This document shows, piece after piece, positions 40,011-49,144 of a stretch of 64,000 nucleotides of DNA. The notes below the pieces were generated by a model that was not told the DNA's origin, made no database searches, and saw only the letters and a list, made by a program, of their open reading frames with translations. This stretch comes from an uncultured Christensenella sp. GTDB lineage: Bacteria > Bacillota > Clostridia > Christensenellales > UBA1242. Location: contig CASDOR010000029.1 in NCBI GenBank assembly GCA_949282135.1, forward strand, positions 9,685-73,684. Direction: 5' to 3'. The position numbers were made by a program, and so were the translations under genes. Numbering within the stretch: the stretch's first letter is position 1; every line of letters begins with the position of its first letter.

Positions 40011-40247
40011 CTAATTGTCTTTTTTGACTGAATCAATGTATTTTGCTATGTCACCCACAGTTTTTAAACTATCTGCCTTATCATCTGGAACAGTAATTCC
40101 AAACTCTTCCTCAAGTGCCATAAGCATCTCAATCATATCAAGGGAATCAGCGCCAAGATCTTCTATAATTTTAGAATCTTCTTTAATTTTATCAGTTTCA
40201 ATATTAAGTTGATTTGCAAGCATTTCCCTTATTTTATCTATCGTCAT
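40011..40247 (-). CDS. acpP: Acyl carrier protein (orphan, with no fab/pls neighbours)
   Basis: The 78-aa protein MTIDKIREMLANQLNIETDKIKEDSKIIEDLGADSLDMIEMLMALEEEFGI carries the phosphopantetheine-site motif LGADSLD. The ATG at 40247 has GGAGGA 4 nt upstream; the track starts at an upstream GTG. Confidence 0.9.
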   Translation of the reverse strand: MTIDKIREMLANQLNIETDKIKEDSKIIEDLGADSLDMIEMLMALEEEFGITVPDDKADSLKTVGDIAKYIDSVKKDN

Positions 40248-40318
40248 ATTATCCTCCACGTACTTAAACTAATAGAATTATACAATATCTTTTAGTTTTA
40301 GTAAAGCAATTTATCTAA

Positions 40319-40900
40319 CTATTTATTAGAATTTTCAAGATAAAGGTTAGGATCGGTTTTTACACCATTCAATAATACTTCAAGATGCAAATGAGCACCA
40401 TCATTCAGTTCTCCTTTAGCACTTGTTGAAACTTTTCCAATTACATCACCCTTTTTAACTTTGTCACCCACTTTGACACTTATGTCATCTGCTAAAGAAG
40501 CATAAACAGTTTGGAGCGAATCACTATGCTTAATTGTAACTATATTACCTTTTAAGTAGTCATTAGTTACACTAACCACCTCACCATCATAGCAAGCATA
40601 AACATCCGCATCATCAGCCCCTTTAATGTCTACTGCCTTATGTGCTTCCCATTGCTTTAAAGTAGAATTATATTTTAAAGCAGTATTTGAGTAATCTTTT
40701 ATTACTACTCCATCTTTTACAGGCATAGTAAACTGCACAACATCAGGTGTGGTTGTTTGCACATTATCCTCAACCCTATCCGTACCAGCACTTTTAACTG
40801 CAACTATACAAATAAGTGCTATTGCAAGTACTATTGAAACAAGTGTAATAAGTAATCTTTTGTGTCTATGAAAAAAATATTTTACCTCAGTGTTATCCAT
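40319..40900 (-). CDS. Membrane-anchored M23/LytM peptidase with SpoIIQ-like architecture
   Basis: There is an N-terminal TM segment (LLITLVSIVLAIALICIVAV). The M23 motifs are intact: HKAVD (HxxxD) and HLHLEV (HxH). The ATG at 40900 has the strong SD AAGGAGGA. The position just upstream of spoIIID matches clostridial spoIIQ synteny. Confidence 0.75.
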   Translation of the reverse strand: MDNTEVKYFFHRHKRLLITLVSIVLAIALICIVAVKSAGTDRVEDNVQTTTPDVVQFTMPVKDGVVIKDYSNTALKYNSTLKQWEAHKAVDIKGADDADVYACYDGEVVSVTNDYLKGNIVTIKHSDSLQTVYASLADDISVKVGDKVKKGDVIGKVSTSAKGELNDGAHLHLEVLLNGVKTDPNLYLENSNK

Positions 40901-40954
40901 TTCAAATCCTCCTTGGCTAAGATTATTGACAAGAAAAATTTTTTTAAACACAAA

Positions 40955-41419
40955 TTAGAAACTTGTGTAAATCATAGGATATCCTATAGTAATTTGACTA
41001 CCTCGCACTGCAATTTGGAAATTTATTTTTTGATTAGCCACATGACAACATTTATTAAAATAAGGCGAATAGCCATAAGTAACACTAATTTCTCCAACTT
41101 TTTCACTAAACTTATAGTTAATTCCTAAATCCAAAATAATATTATTAATTACATTTCTGTCTCCATTAAATCTCACTTCAAAATATTTCACCTTTCCACT
41201 TCTTTTTGTTTCTAATTTGCTAAAGTATGCTAGCTTATACCCTCCACTAGCAATTATTTTGTCATAATCTTTACTAGAAAAATCCTCTGCGTAAACATAG
41301 CAAAATGTCGCACTTGAAAAATTAGAAAAATAATTATAAAACCTATCTTTTGTATTCACACATAAATATGTACAAATAAAAAAAAGTGTAATGCTTAAAA
41401 AAGAAATTAATTTTTTCAT
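40955..41419 (-). CDS. Hypothetical secreted/membrane-anchored protein (154 aa)
   Basis: It has a hydrophobic N-terminus (MKKLISFLSITLFFICTYLCV). I recognised no family and saw no SD upstream of the ATG. Confidence 0.5.
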   Translation of the reverse strand: MKKLISFLSITLFFICTYLCVNTKDRFYNYFSNFSSATFCYVYAEDFSSKDYDKIIASGGYKLAYFSKLETKRSGKVKYFEVRFNGDRNVINNIILDLGINYKFSEKVGEISVTYGYSPYFNKCCHVANQKINFQIAVRGSQITIGYPMIYTSF

Positions 41420-41703
41420 GCAACAATTATTAACTGAAAAATAAGATTTTAAACATCAGGTGTAAGTTATTGAAAATAAACATATTTTGCCACAATATAA
41501 TATATTTATTAAACTTTTCCTTTTGACGCGTAAAGCTCTTATCTCCTATACATATTTTGTCACTAAGCTTCTAAAAACAATTAAGGTTCTATTTAACAAA
41601 GCATATTTGAATAAGCTTAAAATAAAACACACCATAAGAAAGAGACATTTCCCCTCACATAAGTATAGTATATTACTAAGCAAAAACTTAAAGATTTACA
41701 AAT

Positions 41704-41731
41704 TAAAAAAACCTCGACCAAGCGGTCGAGG
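41704..41731 (-). terminator. Strong intrinsic terminator after the flippase-like gene
   Basis: On the minus strand: CCTCGACC-GCTT-GGTCGAGG followed by TTTTTTT. It lies 42 nt after the stop at 41773. Confidence 0.85.
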
Positions 41732-41772
41732 ATAAAATTTATTTTCTTGATTTTTATGACAAATAAAGGCAT

Positions 41773-43179
41773 CTAGACATTCGACTGTTTGTTCGAGGAA
41801 GATTTGTTTTTTTGCTTTTCCTCTCGCTTTATCCTAATTCTTTCACTTATTGGGTGTAACCAAAATTCTTTATTCTTTTCAAGTCTTCTATTTCCTATTG
41901 CATAGTCATAACTAAGCAAGAAAAACCCTTGAAGAATATAAATATAATTTGTTAAGAATCTCCAAATAAGGAGTGCCCATACTACCGCACCAGACGAAGA
42001 GAATAAAACCGCAACTAGAGCTGTAAATGAAAGTTCTGCCGTACCTGTCCCCATAGGAAGAGGATTAAACAAAGAAGCCAAATCAATTAAAATTCCCATA
42101 GAAATAATGTCTAACCACATCTCAGGATGCCAGCCTTCAAACGCACAGTAGATAAAGAACAACATACTAAAACTAAGCAAATAATAAATAATTGAGCAAA
42201 CTACATTAACTATAATTACTCCTGCAGACTTACTATACTGTTTGGTGGTTTTTTGCCATGAATTGACAGTCCTCATAACACTTTGGAAACTCTTTTTATA
42301 GTCTTTAATAATTCTAAATTTACCTATTTTTATTTTACTTATCAACTTCAAAATACCAACAACAAATCCTGCCCCAGCACGTCTATTTAGAGATATGAAA
42401 CCAATTAGGAAGATTACAACAGCAATACAAGCATATCCTATCCAGCTGAATGTCAAAACCGTACCACTTAAAAGATTATAATCTGATATAACATCTGCAA
42501 AAAACGTGCTTCTAAACAAAAAGAAAGTTGCCCCTACGAAGTAAACCAGTTGATAAAAGATATACTTCGCCATAACAATAGATATACCCTGCCCAGCTTT
42601 TATTCCGTATTTATTAAGGTACAGAACTTGGAAAGGTTGCCCTCCAGTACTAAGCGGAGTAATTACATCATAATATTTTCCTTGAGCTGAGACCTTATAA
42701 GCAAGATTAATTCTAAACACTCCTGTCGCCTTATGTATAAGGACAGCAAAACGTAGTTGGTCCAAAATCATACCTATAGCAAATACTCCAAAAGCAGCTA
42801 AAATAAACCACCAATTAGCATCTAAAATTTCAGATAAAGACTCCCATGGATCTGCCTCTTGTGACAATTGAATGCCAAGAACCAAAACAATAACTGCTAT
42901 ATTTATAATAAAATATAAGAAATTCCAAATTTTTTTCTTTTTTTTGGATTTATCGCTACTTTGTTTTAAAACTTTCTGGTCTGTTTCGTTTGCTTCGTTT
43001 ATTAAATTTGTAACCGTTAAAGATTTTTCAAAAAACTTTGTATCTTCGGTTACACTTGCGCCATAGTTACTAACAAACCTATGAATCTTGCCTTTCTTAT
43101 AAATGACGAGTTTTAAAAGAGGGACAGAAATTTGCCTTTTATTCTTATCTATATTATCTATGTTTTGAGATTTAGACAT
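41773..43179 (-). CDS. Polytopic membrane protein, flippase-like (LPG-synthase-TM / UPF0104-type)
   Basis: The 468-aa protein has many hydrophobic segments, the motif VITPLSTGGQPFQVLYL, and a lysine-rich cytoplasmic N-terminal extension. SD AGGAGGAGGGA precedes the ATG. The family assignment rests on motif memory only. Confidence 0.5.
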   Translation of the reverse strand: MSKSQNIDNIDKNKRQISVPLLKLVIYKKGKIHRFVSNYGASVTEDTKFFEKSLTVTNLINEANETDQKVLKQSSDKSKKKKKIWNFLYFIINIAVIVLVLGIQLSQEADPWESLSEILDANWWFILAAFGVFAIGMILDQLRFAVLIHKATGVFRINLAYKVSAQGKYYDVITPLSTGGQPFQVLYLNKYGIKAGQGISIVMAKYIFYQLVYFVGATFFLFRSTFFADVISDYNLLSGTVLTFSWIGYACIAVVIFLIGFISLNRRAGAGFVVGILKLISKIKIGKFRIIKDYKKSFQSVMRTVNSWQKTTKQYSKSAGVIIVNVVCSIIYYLLSFSMLFFIYCAFEGWHPEMWLDIISMGILIDLASLFNPLPMGTGTAELSFTALVAVLFSSSGAVVWALLIWRFLTNYIYILQGFFLLSYDYAIGNRRLEKNKEFWLHPISERIRIKREEKQKNKSSSNKQSNV

Positions 43180-43385
43180 TCCCTCCTCCTATTAAAACTC
43201 TCATAAAATGTCAAAATTACTATTATACGTAAAAATTTTATTCACCGTAAGCACTAAAATTAAATAAATTATTGTAAACCCCTTAAGAAAAGCAGTAGTT
43301 TTTAGTAACTCAAATTTATCTAGTTATTTATTACGACAATTTTTTTAATTTAAACAAAATCATTTATCTATACATCTTTATAATA

Positions 43386-45113
43386 TTAGTACAAGTCAGA
43401 AAAATTGCCTACGTTATAAGTTATAGTTTGACCACTCTTTTCTGTTTTAACAGCATTAGCACTAATAGATTCATATATATCTTGAATAGTATTGTCAAAA
43501 ACAAGTTCAAATATAGTTTGATTGTAAGACAAAGAAGTCTTTTCACTAGACAAAATATTATAAACATTGCTCGTGTTTAAAGTATCAAGTTCTGAACTAG
43601 AACTAAATAAATTGTTTAGTGTACCTGTATACATTACTATATGATAACCGCTATAGTTATCGTTCTCTTCATAGCAAATGCCTATACTTCCAGGAGTTCC
43701 ATTTCCATCATCATACAGCCCTCTAACTAGATCAGTAAAGCTATCTACCATAGCACTATTTTTTGTACCTACAACATAATCATAGTGAGCATTTATTATT
43801 CCACTATCAACATTATAAGCATATAAATATTCATTAAACTTATTAACCTTGTCTTCAAGTGTTGCTTGCGTTCTTACACTACTTACTACTTCATTATATA
43901 AATCTTCTACACTTTTCCCTGCGTTACCAAGTTCAAAGCCGGTTTCCAAATCTCTTTCATAAGCAAAAGTATTTGCCCAAGAACTAACAGCATTTTTTGC
44001 TCTTTTTAATTTTTCACCATAGTACAAAGGATTGCTTTCAAGTGCGCTAATCTCACTTAGTTGGTCTTCGCTAAGCTGAATTAAAATATGTGTACAGGTA
44101 ATCAATGTCTCTTCGTCTTGCTTACCATAATAAACATAGTTTTCTCTACTTTCAGTATCCGCCACATTAACATAATATGAATTTTTATTTTTCATAGAAT
44201 TATACATATCCATATTTGACGAATACATTCTCTTATATTCATCTACAATTTTTTGAAGAATTTCTTCAGTCATAACATAGCCTTGTACACTACTATCAAA
44301 ATAAAAACCATTCTCCCTTTCAACTATGTTTTGATATCTTGAAATCTTTTGTGCGTCTAAGTTACTATCAAAAACTTTAGAAATTTCTCTTTCTAGCACA
44401 CTTGCGTTATCTAATTTGTCATAACCATAACCACTTTGTTCTTCTTTTAAAGTGGTCATAAATCTATTCCAAACGAGAGCTTTGTAAAACTCATCTTCTC
44501 CCTTCACACCATTTTGGACAGTATAATTTTTTAGTGCGTAATTTTTTGCTTCTTCCTCATTTGCAAAATCCCAATAATATTCATAATCTTCTTCTTCAGA
44601 AGAATAATTTTCGTAAATTACTTTACCCTCAAAATAATCAAATTTTGTCGCATATTTTTCTTGAGGAGCATATTCTGGAGTCTCTTCTTCTTCCTCTGTT
44701 GTAACATCAGACACATCAAGCCCATATTCACTCCTAATTTCATCAACAATAGTCTGTACTCTACTATCTAAATAACTATAGGTGTTTGAAACAACTATAT
44801 TATAATCCTCGCTAGTTAAAGCATACTTATCATTATGTTTTTCAATATATTGCAATAAATACTCTTGATCAATAATATCATCAATTGTCATTCTGATAGC
44901 TTCTTCTTGAGTATAGCCATAAACGTAATTGTAATAATACCCACTACTATAATAGGCATTAAGAAGTTGTTCTCTCGTAACGGAAATACTACCACTAGTT
45001 GCAACAATAGAAGATAGTGCCACATAGTTATTTGTTGAAAACAAATTACAGCCTGTTAGCACACTCAAACAAGATATAAGAAGTAATAAAAGAATAGCAC
45101 ATTTTTTTCTCAT
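43386..45113 (-). CDS. PrsA/parvulin-like peptidyl-prolyl isomerase lipoprotein (575 aa, unusually long)
   Basis: The signal peptide plus lipobox is MRKKCAILLLLLISCLSVLTGC. Parvulin-like strings are CTHILIQL ... SGYHIVMY. Its position directly after mfd matches clostridial genomes. An alternative ATG lies at 45137. Confidence 0.55.
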   Translation of the reverse strand: MRKKCAILLLLLISCLSVLTGCNLFSTNNYVALSSIVATSGSISVTREQLLNAYYSSGYYYNYVYGYTQEEAIRMTIDDIIDQEYLLQYIEKHNDKYALTSEDYNIVVSNTYSYLDSRVQTIVDEIRSEYGLDVSDVTTEEEEETPEYAPQEKYATKFDYFEGKVIYENYSSEEEDYEYYWDFANEEEAKNYALKNYTVQNGVKGEDEFYKALVWNRFMTTLKEEQSGYGYDKLDNASVLEREISKVFDSNLDAQKISRYQNIVERENGFYFDSSVQGYVMTEEILQKIVDEYKRMYSSNMDMYNSMKNKNSYYVNVADTESRENYVYYGKQDEETLITCTHILIQLSEDQLSEISALESNPLYYGEKLKRAKNAVSSWANTFAYERDLETGFELGNAGKSVEDLYNEVVSSVRTQATLEDKVNKFNEYLYAYNVDSGIINAHYDYVVGTKNSAMVDSFTDLVRGLYDDGNGTPGSIGICYEENDNYSGYHIVMYTGTLNNLFSSSSELDTLNTSNVYNILSSEKTSLSYNQTIFELVFDNTIQDIYESISANAVKTEKSGQTITYNVGNFSDLY

Positions 45114-45203
45114 TATAAACTCACTCCAAATAAGCATTATTTAGTTGACACTACAGTCATTTTAAACAAAGAGTATTATACATTATTTTCCCAGCAAAAG
45201 CAA

Positions 45204-48200
45204 TTATTTATTAGCAGTTTCTACGCATTTTATAAGAAATTTTATAAGCCCCATAAGACTTAAGTCCTTATCTGATTCTTTTCTAAGTATAATTATAGGC
45301 AACTTTTCTTTATTTAAAACAAAATCTGTTCCACCTTTATTAAAGAAATTAAATAAATTTGAATTGTAAATGTCCTCATAAAACACTATTTTCGTATTAA
45401 AATCATTTAAAATAATGCTCTTTGCCATTATTTTTTGCCCTAAATTCTTAATTAAACCCACGTAACATAAATTTTTTACTGACTTTGGAGGCTCTCCATA
45501 AATATTTTTTGTATTTTCAATTAAGGTTTCTAAATCTTTAAGTGAAGACAATTTACTTACTTTAGTGTAAAATTCAATACGATTTTCACTTTCCTTAATG
45601 TAATCCTCTGGAACATAGGCACTTATGTCAATACTAAGCTTAATCTCTTTTTGTACTTCAACCTTTTCGCCCTTTATTTCACTTACAGCCTCTTCTAAGA
45701 GCTTTACATAAAGGTCATAACCTACTTGTTCCATATGTCCATGTTGCTCACGTCCTAAAATATCCCCAGCACCTCTAATCTCTAGGTCTCTCATGGCAAC
45801 TTTATAGCCGCTACCAAACTCTGAAAACTGCATTATTGCATCAAGTCTTTTGTATGAATCCATTGTAAGTATCTTATCTTTTGAAAAACTAAAATAAGCA
45901 TAAGCATCAATGTTACTTCTGCCGATTCTTCCTCTAAGTTGATAAAGTTGACTAAGCCCAAGCTTATCTGCATCTATTACAAAAAGCGTGTTAGCAAACG
46001 GCAAATCAATGCCATTTTCAATTAAAATAGTACTAATAAGTATCTGAGTTTGCCTCGAATAAAGTCTATAAATAGCGTCCTCAAGTTTTTGACTATTCAT
46101 CTGTCCATGGGCATAATCAATTGTTGCAAAAGGGAGTAACTTTTTGACAAAATTATAAAAATTTAAAATACTTTGCACCCTATTATAGACAATTAAAACT
46201 TGTCCACCCCTGTCAATTTCTCTTTTGCAAACCTCATATAACAAGCTATCAGAATAATCTATAACAGATGTTTTTACTTGTTTTCTAATGCTAGGTGGTG
46301 TAGATAAAAAACTAACATCTCTAATCCCAACAAGAGACATGTAAAGAGTACGCGGAATTGGAGTGGCTGACAGCGACAAAACATCAACATTACTTTTTAT
46401 ATTCTTTAGTTTATCTTTATCTTCGACCCCAAACCTTTGTTCCTCATCAATAATTATAAGCCCTAAATCATGAAATTTGACGTCCTTACTTAAAAGTCTA
46501 TGAGTGCCACAAATAAGATTAATCTTACCAGTTTCTAAATCCTTTAAAATCACATCTTGTTCTTTTTTTGTTTTAAATCTATTAAGACAAGCGACATTAA
46601 CAAAAAAGTTTTTCATTCGACTTAGACTTGTCGCATAGTGCTGCTCACTAAGAATTGTAGTTGGGCAAATAATAGCAACCTGTTTGCCATCTTGTATGGC
46701 TTTAAAGGCACTTACAAGTGCAACTTCTGTTTTACCAAAGCCGACATCTCCACATAAAAGCCTATCCATAATTCTATTGCTTTCCATGTCTTTTTTAATG
46801 TCATTTATGGCGTTTATTTGGTCCGCCGTATAAGGATACTCAAAAGCGTCCTCAAATTCTCTTTGAAGATAACTATCTTTTGAATATCTAAATCCACGAG
46901 CATTCATACGTCCAGCATAGACTTTTATAAGGTCAAAGGTCATTTGTTTTATTGAATTTTTAACTTTTTGTTTAACCTTATAGAACTCCGCACCGCCTAT
47001 TTTATTGCATTTTGGTTCTTTTTCACCTGTAAATTTGGAAAGCATGTTTGCATTTTCACTAGGCACATACAAAAGGTCCTTGTCTCTATATTCAATTATA
47101 ATGTAGTCGTGGCTACAACTACCAATTTTCATATTTTTTATACTTACGCATTTACCAATCCCATGAACTTCATGAACAACATAGTCTCCAACCTTTGGAA
47201 GATAACTTGGTTTTTCATCCTCCCTTTTTTGTCTTTTTACGTCTACATAAGACCCAAGCTCATTTTCGCCAATAAAAATTAACTTTTGAAGTTCAAAGCA
47301 CCCCGAATGCAAAAATCCATTTTCATATAGATTTATACCACTATTTAGTTCTTCCAAACCTTTTATAGTTTTTACTTCTAGTCCTCGTTCAGTCAAAAAA
47401 CTTGATAACCTTTTTATATATTCTTTATTTTTTGCACTTAGTAAAATAGTTAAGTTAGCACTATTGTATTCTTTTAAATCATTTGCTAAGTCTATAAAAT
47501 GCTCATTGTACCTTTTTACGTGAGGGCAAAGAAAATTTAAAACATACTCGCTCTCAAAAATCTTATTTTGGCTAACAAGTCTAGAATAGGCTATTTGTTT
47601 AAAATTTCGACTTTTAGTTAAAGTGTCCAACTTTTTAAAGTAAAAATCCATATGACGTGGTAAAAATTCCCCACTTAAAGACAAACTTAAAAAACTGTTT
47701 ATATTTCCCTCATCTATTTCAGTTATTTTATCTGTAATTAGTTTTGGCTCATCAAAAATTATTTTAGTATCACTTTCTAGGTAGTCAAAAATTGACGCAT
47801 TAAAATAACTAGTGTATGGCAAGAAAAAAATACTTGATACGCAAGTTAAATTATTATCAAGATAATCAAACTGAGTAGACACAATCTCAGAAATTCTAAG
47901 CATGCTTTCGCTTTTTTTAAGATTTAGTTTTAATAAGTCTTTTTTGATTTCATCCTTAACTACTTCCTCTTGACTTTTGTCAATGTCTAAAAAAGTGTTG
48001 CAAAAAATTTTAATTTGCTTAGTGGTTTTCTTTAGTTTATAAGTTGCTAAATCAAAATAAGAAATGCTTTCAACTTCATCGTCAAAAAAACTAATTCTTA
48101 CAGGCAATTCCTCATTTATAGGAAAAATATCTAAAGTGTCCCCTCTTACACTAAATTCTCCTATACCGCTTACAACCTCAGTCTTTTCATAGCCCATTGA

Positions 48201-48623
48201 AACAAAACGAGATAAGAGGTTTTCAAGTTTGTATTCTTTGCCAGTTTCTATAAATTCTAAGTGACTGAGCATATACTCTTTACTTGGTAATTTTTGAAAT
48301 AAAACTTCTGGAGAAATAAGAACTACATCATAGTCATTTTGTGTAAGTAAGCTAAGGAATTTATAATAATTTTTAAATGCACTTGACGATCTTTCACTAA
48401 GTGTAATAAGTAAAGGCAATTTTTCATCTAGCACAACTACCTTTTTATTAAAACTTTGAAGAGTCGTAAGATAGGTCTCAAACATTATTTTATCAGCACA
48501 AACAATCATAGTTTTTGTGTCAAAAAAAAATGGTAAAAAAGCTTTTTCACCATTTCCTAACCCACTTATTGTAAGCTTATTATAACTATTAATTTTATCT
48601 AATTCTTCATTAAAAAATTTCAT
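45204..48623 (-). CDS. mfd: Transcription-repair coupling factor Mfd
   Basis: The 1,139-aa protein contains VVHEVHGIGK, GDVGFGKTEVAL (Walker A), IIDEEQRFGV and SATPIPRTL. Its ATGA overlaps the pth stop. Confidence 0.95.
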   Translation of the reverse strand: MKFFNEELDKINSYNKLTISGLGNGEKAFLPFFFDTKTMIVCADKIMFETYLTTLQSFNKKVVVLDEKLPLLITLSERSSSAFKNYYKFLSLLTQNDYDVVLISPEVLFQKLPSKEYMLSHLEFIETGKEYKLENLLSRFVSMGYEKTEVVSGIGEFSVRGDTLDIFPINEELPVRISFFDDEVESISYFDLATYKLKKTTKQIKIFCNTFLDIDKSQEEVVKDEIKKDLLKLNLKKSESMLRISEIVSTQFDYLDNNLTCVSSIFFLPYTSYFNASIFDYLESDTKIIFDEPKLITDKITEIDEGNINSFLSLSLSGEFLPRHMDFYFKKLDTLTKSRNFKQIAYSRLVSQNKIFESEYVLNFLCPHVKRYNEHFIDLANDLKEYNSANLTILLSAKNKEYIKRLSSFLTERGLEVKTIKGLEELNSGINLYENGFLHSGCFELQKLIFIGENELGSYVDVKRQKREDEKPSYLPKVGDYVVHEVHGIGKCVSIKNMKIGSCSHDYIIIEYRDKDLLYVPSENANMLSKFTGEKEPKCNKIGGAEFYKVKQKVKNSIKQMTFDLIKVYAGRMNARGFRYSKDSYLQREFEDAFEYPYTADQINAINDIKKDMESNRIMDRLLCGDVGFGKTEVALVSAFKAIQDGKQVAIICPTTILSEQHYATSLSRMKNFFVNVACLNRFKTKKEQDVILKDLETGKINLICGTHRLLSKDVKFHDLGLIIIDEEQRFGVEDKDKLKNIKSNVDVLSLSATPIPRTLYMSLVGIRDVSFLSTPPSIRKQVKTSVIDYSDSLLYEVCKREIDRGGQVLIVYNRVQSILNFYNFVKKLLPFATIDYAHGQMNSQKLEDAIYRLYSRQTQILISTILIENGIDLPFANTLFVIDADKLGLSQLYQLRGRIGRSNIDAYAYFSFSKDKILTMDSYKRLDAIMQFSEFGSGYKVAMRDLEIRGAGDILGREQHGHMEQVGYDLYVKLLEEAVSEIKGEKVEVQKEIKLSIDISAYVPEDYIKESENRIEFYTKVSKLSSLKDLETLIENTKNIYGEPPKSVKNLCYVGLIKNLGQKIMAKSIILNDFNTKIVFYEDIYNSNLFNFFNKGGTDFVLNKEKLPIIILRKESDKDLSLMGLIKFLIKCVETANK

Positions 48624-49144
48624 CTACCTATTAATTTTAGCACTTTTTCTATGCCCTCGTCAATACTACTTAAAATTAAAGATAAACTCTCCTCGTCAAT
48701 TTTACTCAAAACATAGTCTTTAAGGTCAATTGTCTCGTCTCTTCCAGCCCCTATTTTTAGCCTAATAAAATCCTCAGAATTTAGACTATGAACTATACTT
48801 TTAAGCCCATTATGAGTACCGCCACTTCCGTTCATCCTTAGTCTATTTTCACCTTTTTTTAAATCAATGTCGTCAACAAAAACTATTATGTCTTTAGGTT
48901 CTAACTTATAAAACCTTTTAAACTCTGCAACAGCATTTCCACTTAAATTCATATAAGTCAAAGGCTTAATTAAAAAAACTATTTCACCATTATACTTTCC
49001 TTGTCCATACAAAGCATTAAACTTTGCTTTGTTAAATGGAATATTTAGTTTTTTAGATAACCTATCTACTGCCATAAAGCCAATATTGTGATAAGTATTC
49101 TCATATTCCCTACCTGGATTTCCTAGCCCAAAAATTAATTTCAT
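48620..49144 (-). CDS. pth: Peptidyl-tRNA hydrolase
   Basis: The N-terminus MKLIFGLGNPGREYENTYHNIGFMAVD is canonical. The gene has 4-nt overlaps with both neighbours. Confidence 0.95.
   Translation of the reverse strand: MKLIFGLGNPGREYENTYHNIGFMAVDRLSKKLNIPFNKAKFNALYGQGKYNGEIVFLIKPLTYMNLSGNAVAEFKRFYKLEPKDIIVFVDDIDLKKGENRLRMNGSGGTHNGLKSIVHSLNSEDFIRLKIGAGRDETIDLKDYVLSKIDEESLSLILSSIDEGIEKVLKLIGR

Noticed and set aside
41487-41735. An 82-aa lysine-rich plus-strand ORF in the 41.4-41.8 kb intergenic region.
   Set aside because: It has no SD, its composition is the low-complexity type typical of AT-rich non-coding DNA, and its 3' end runs through the terminator hairpin of the opposite-strand gene.
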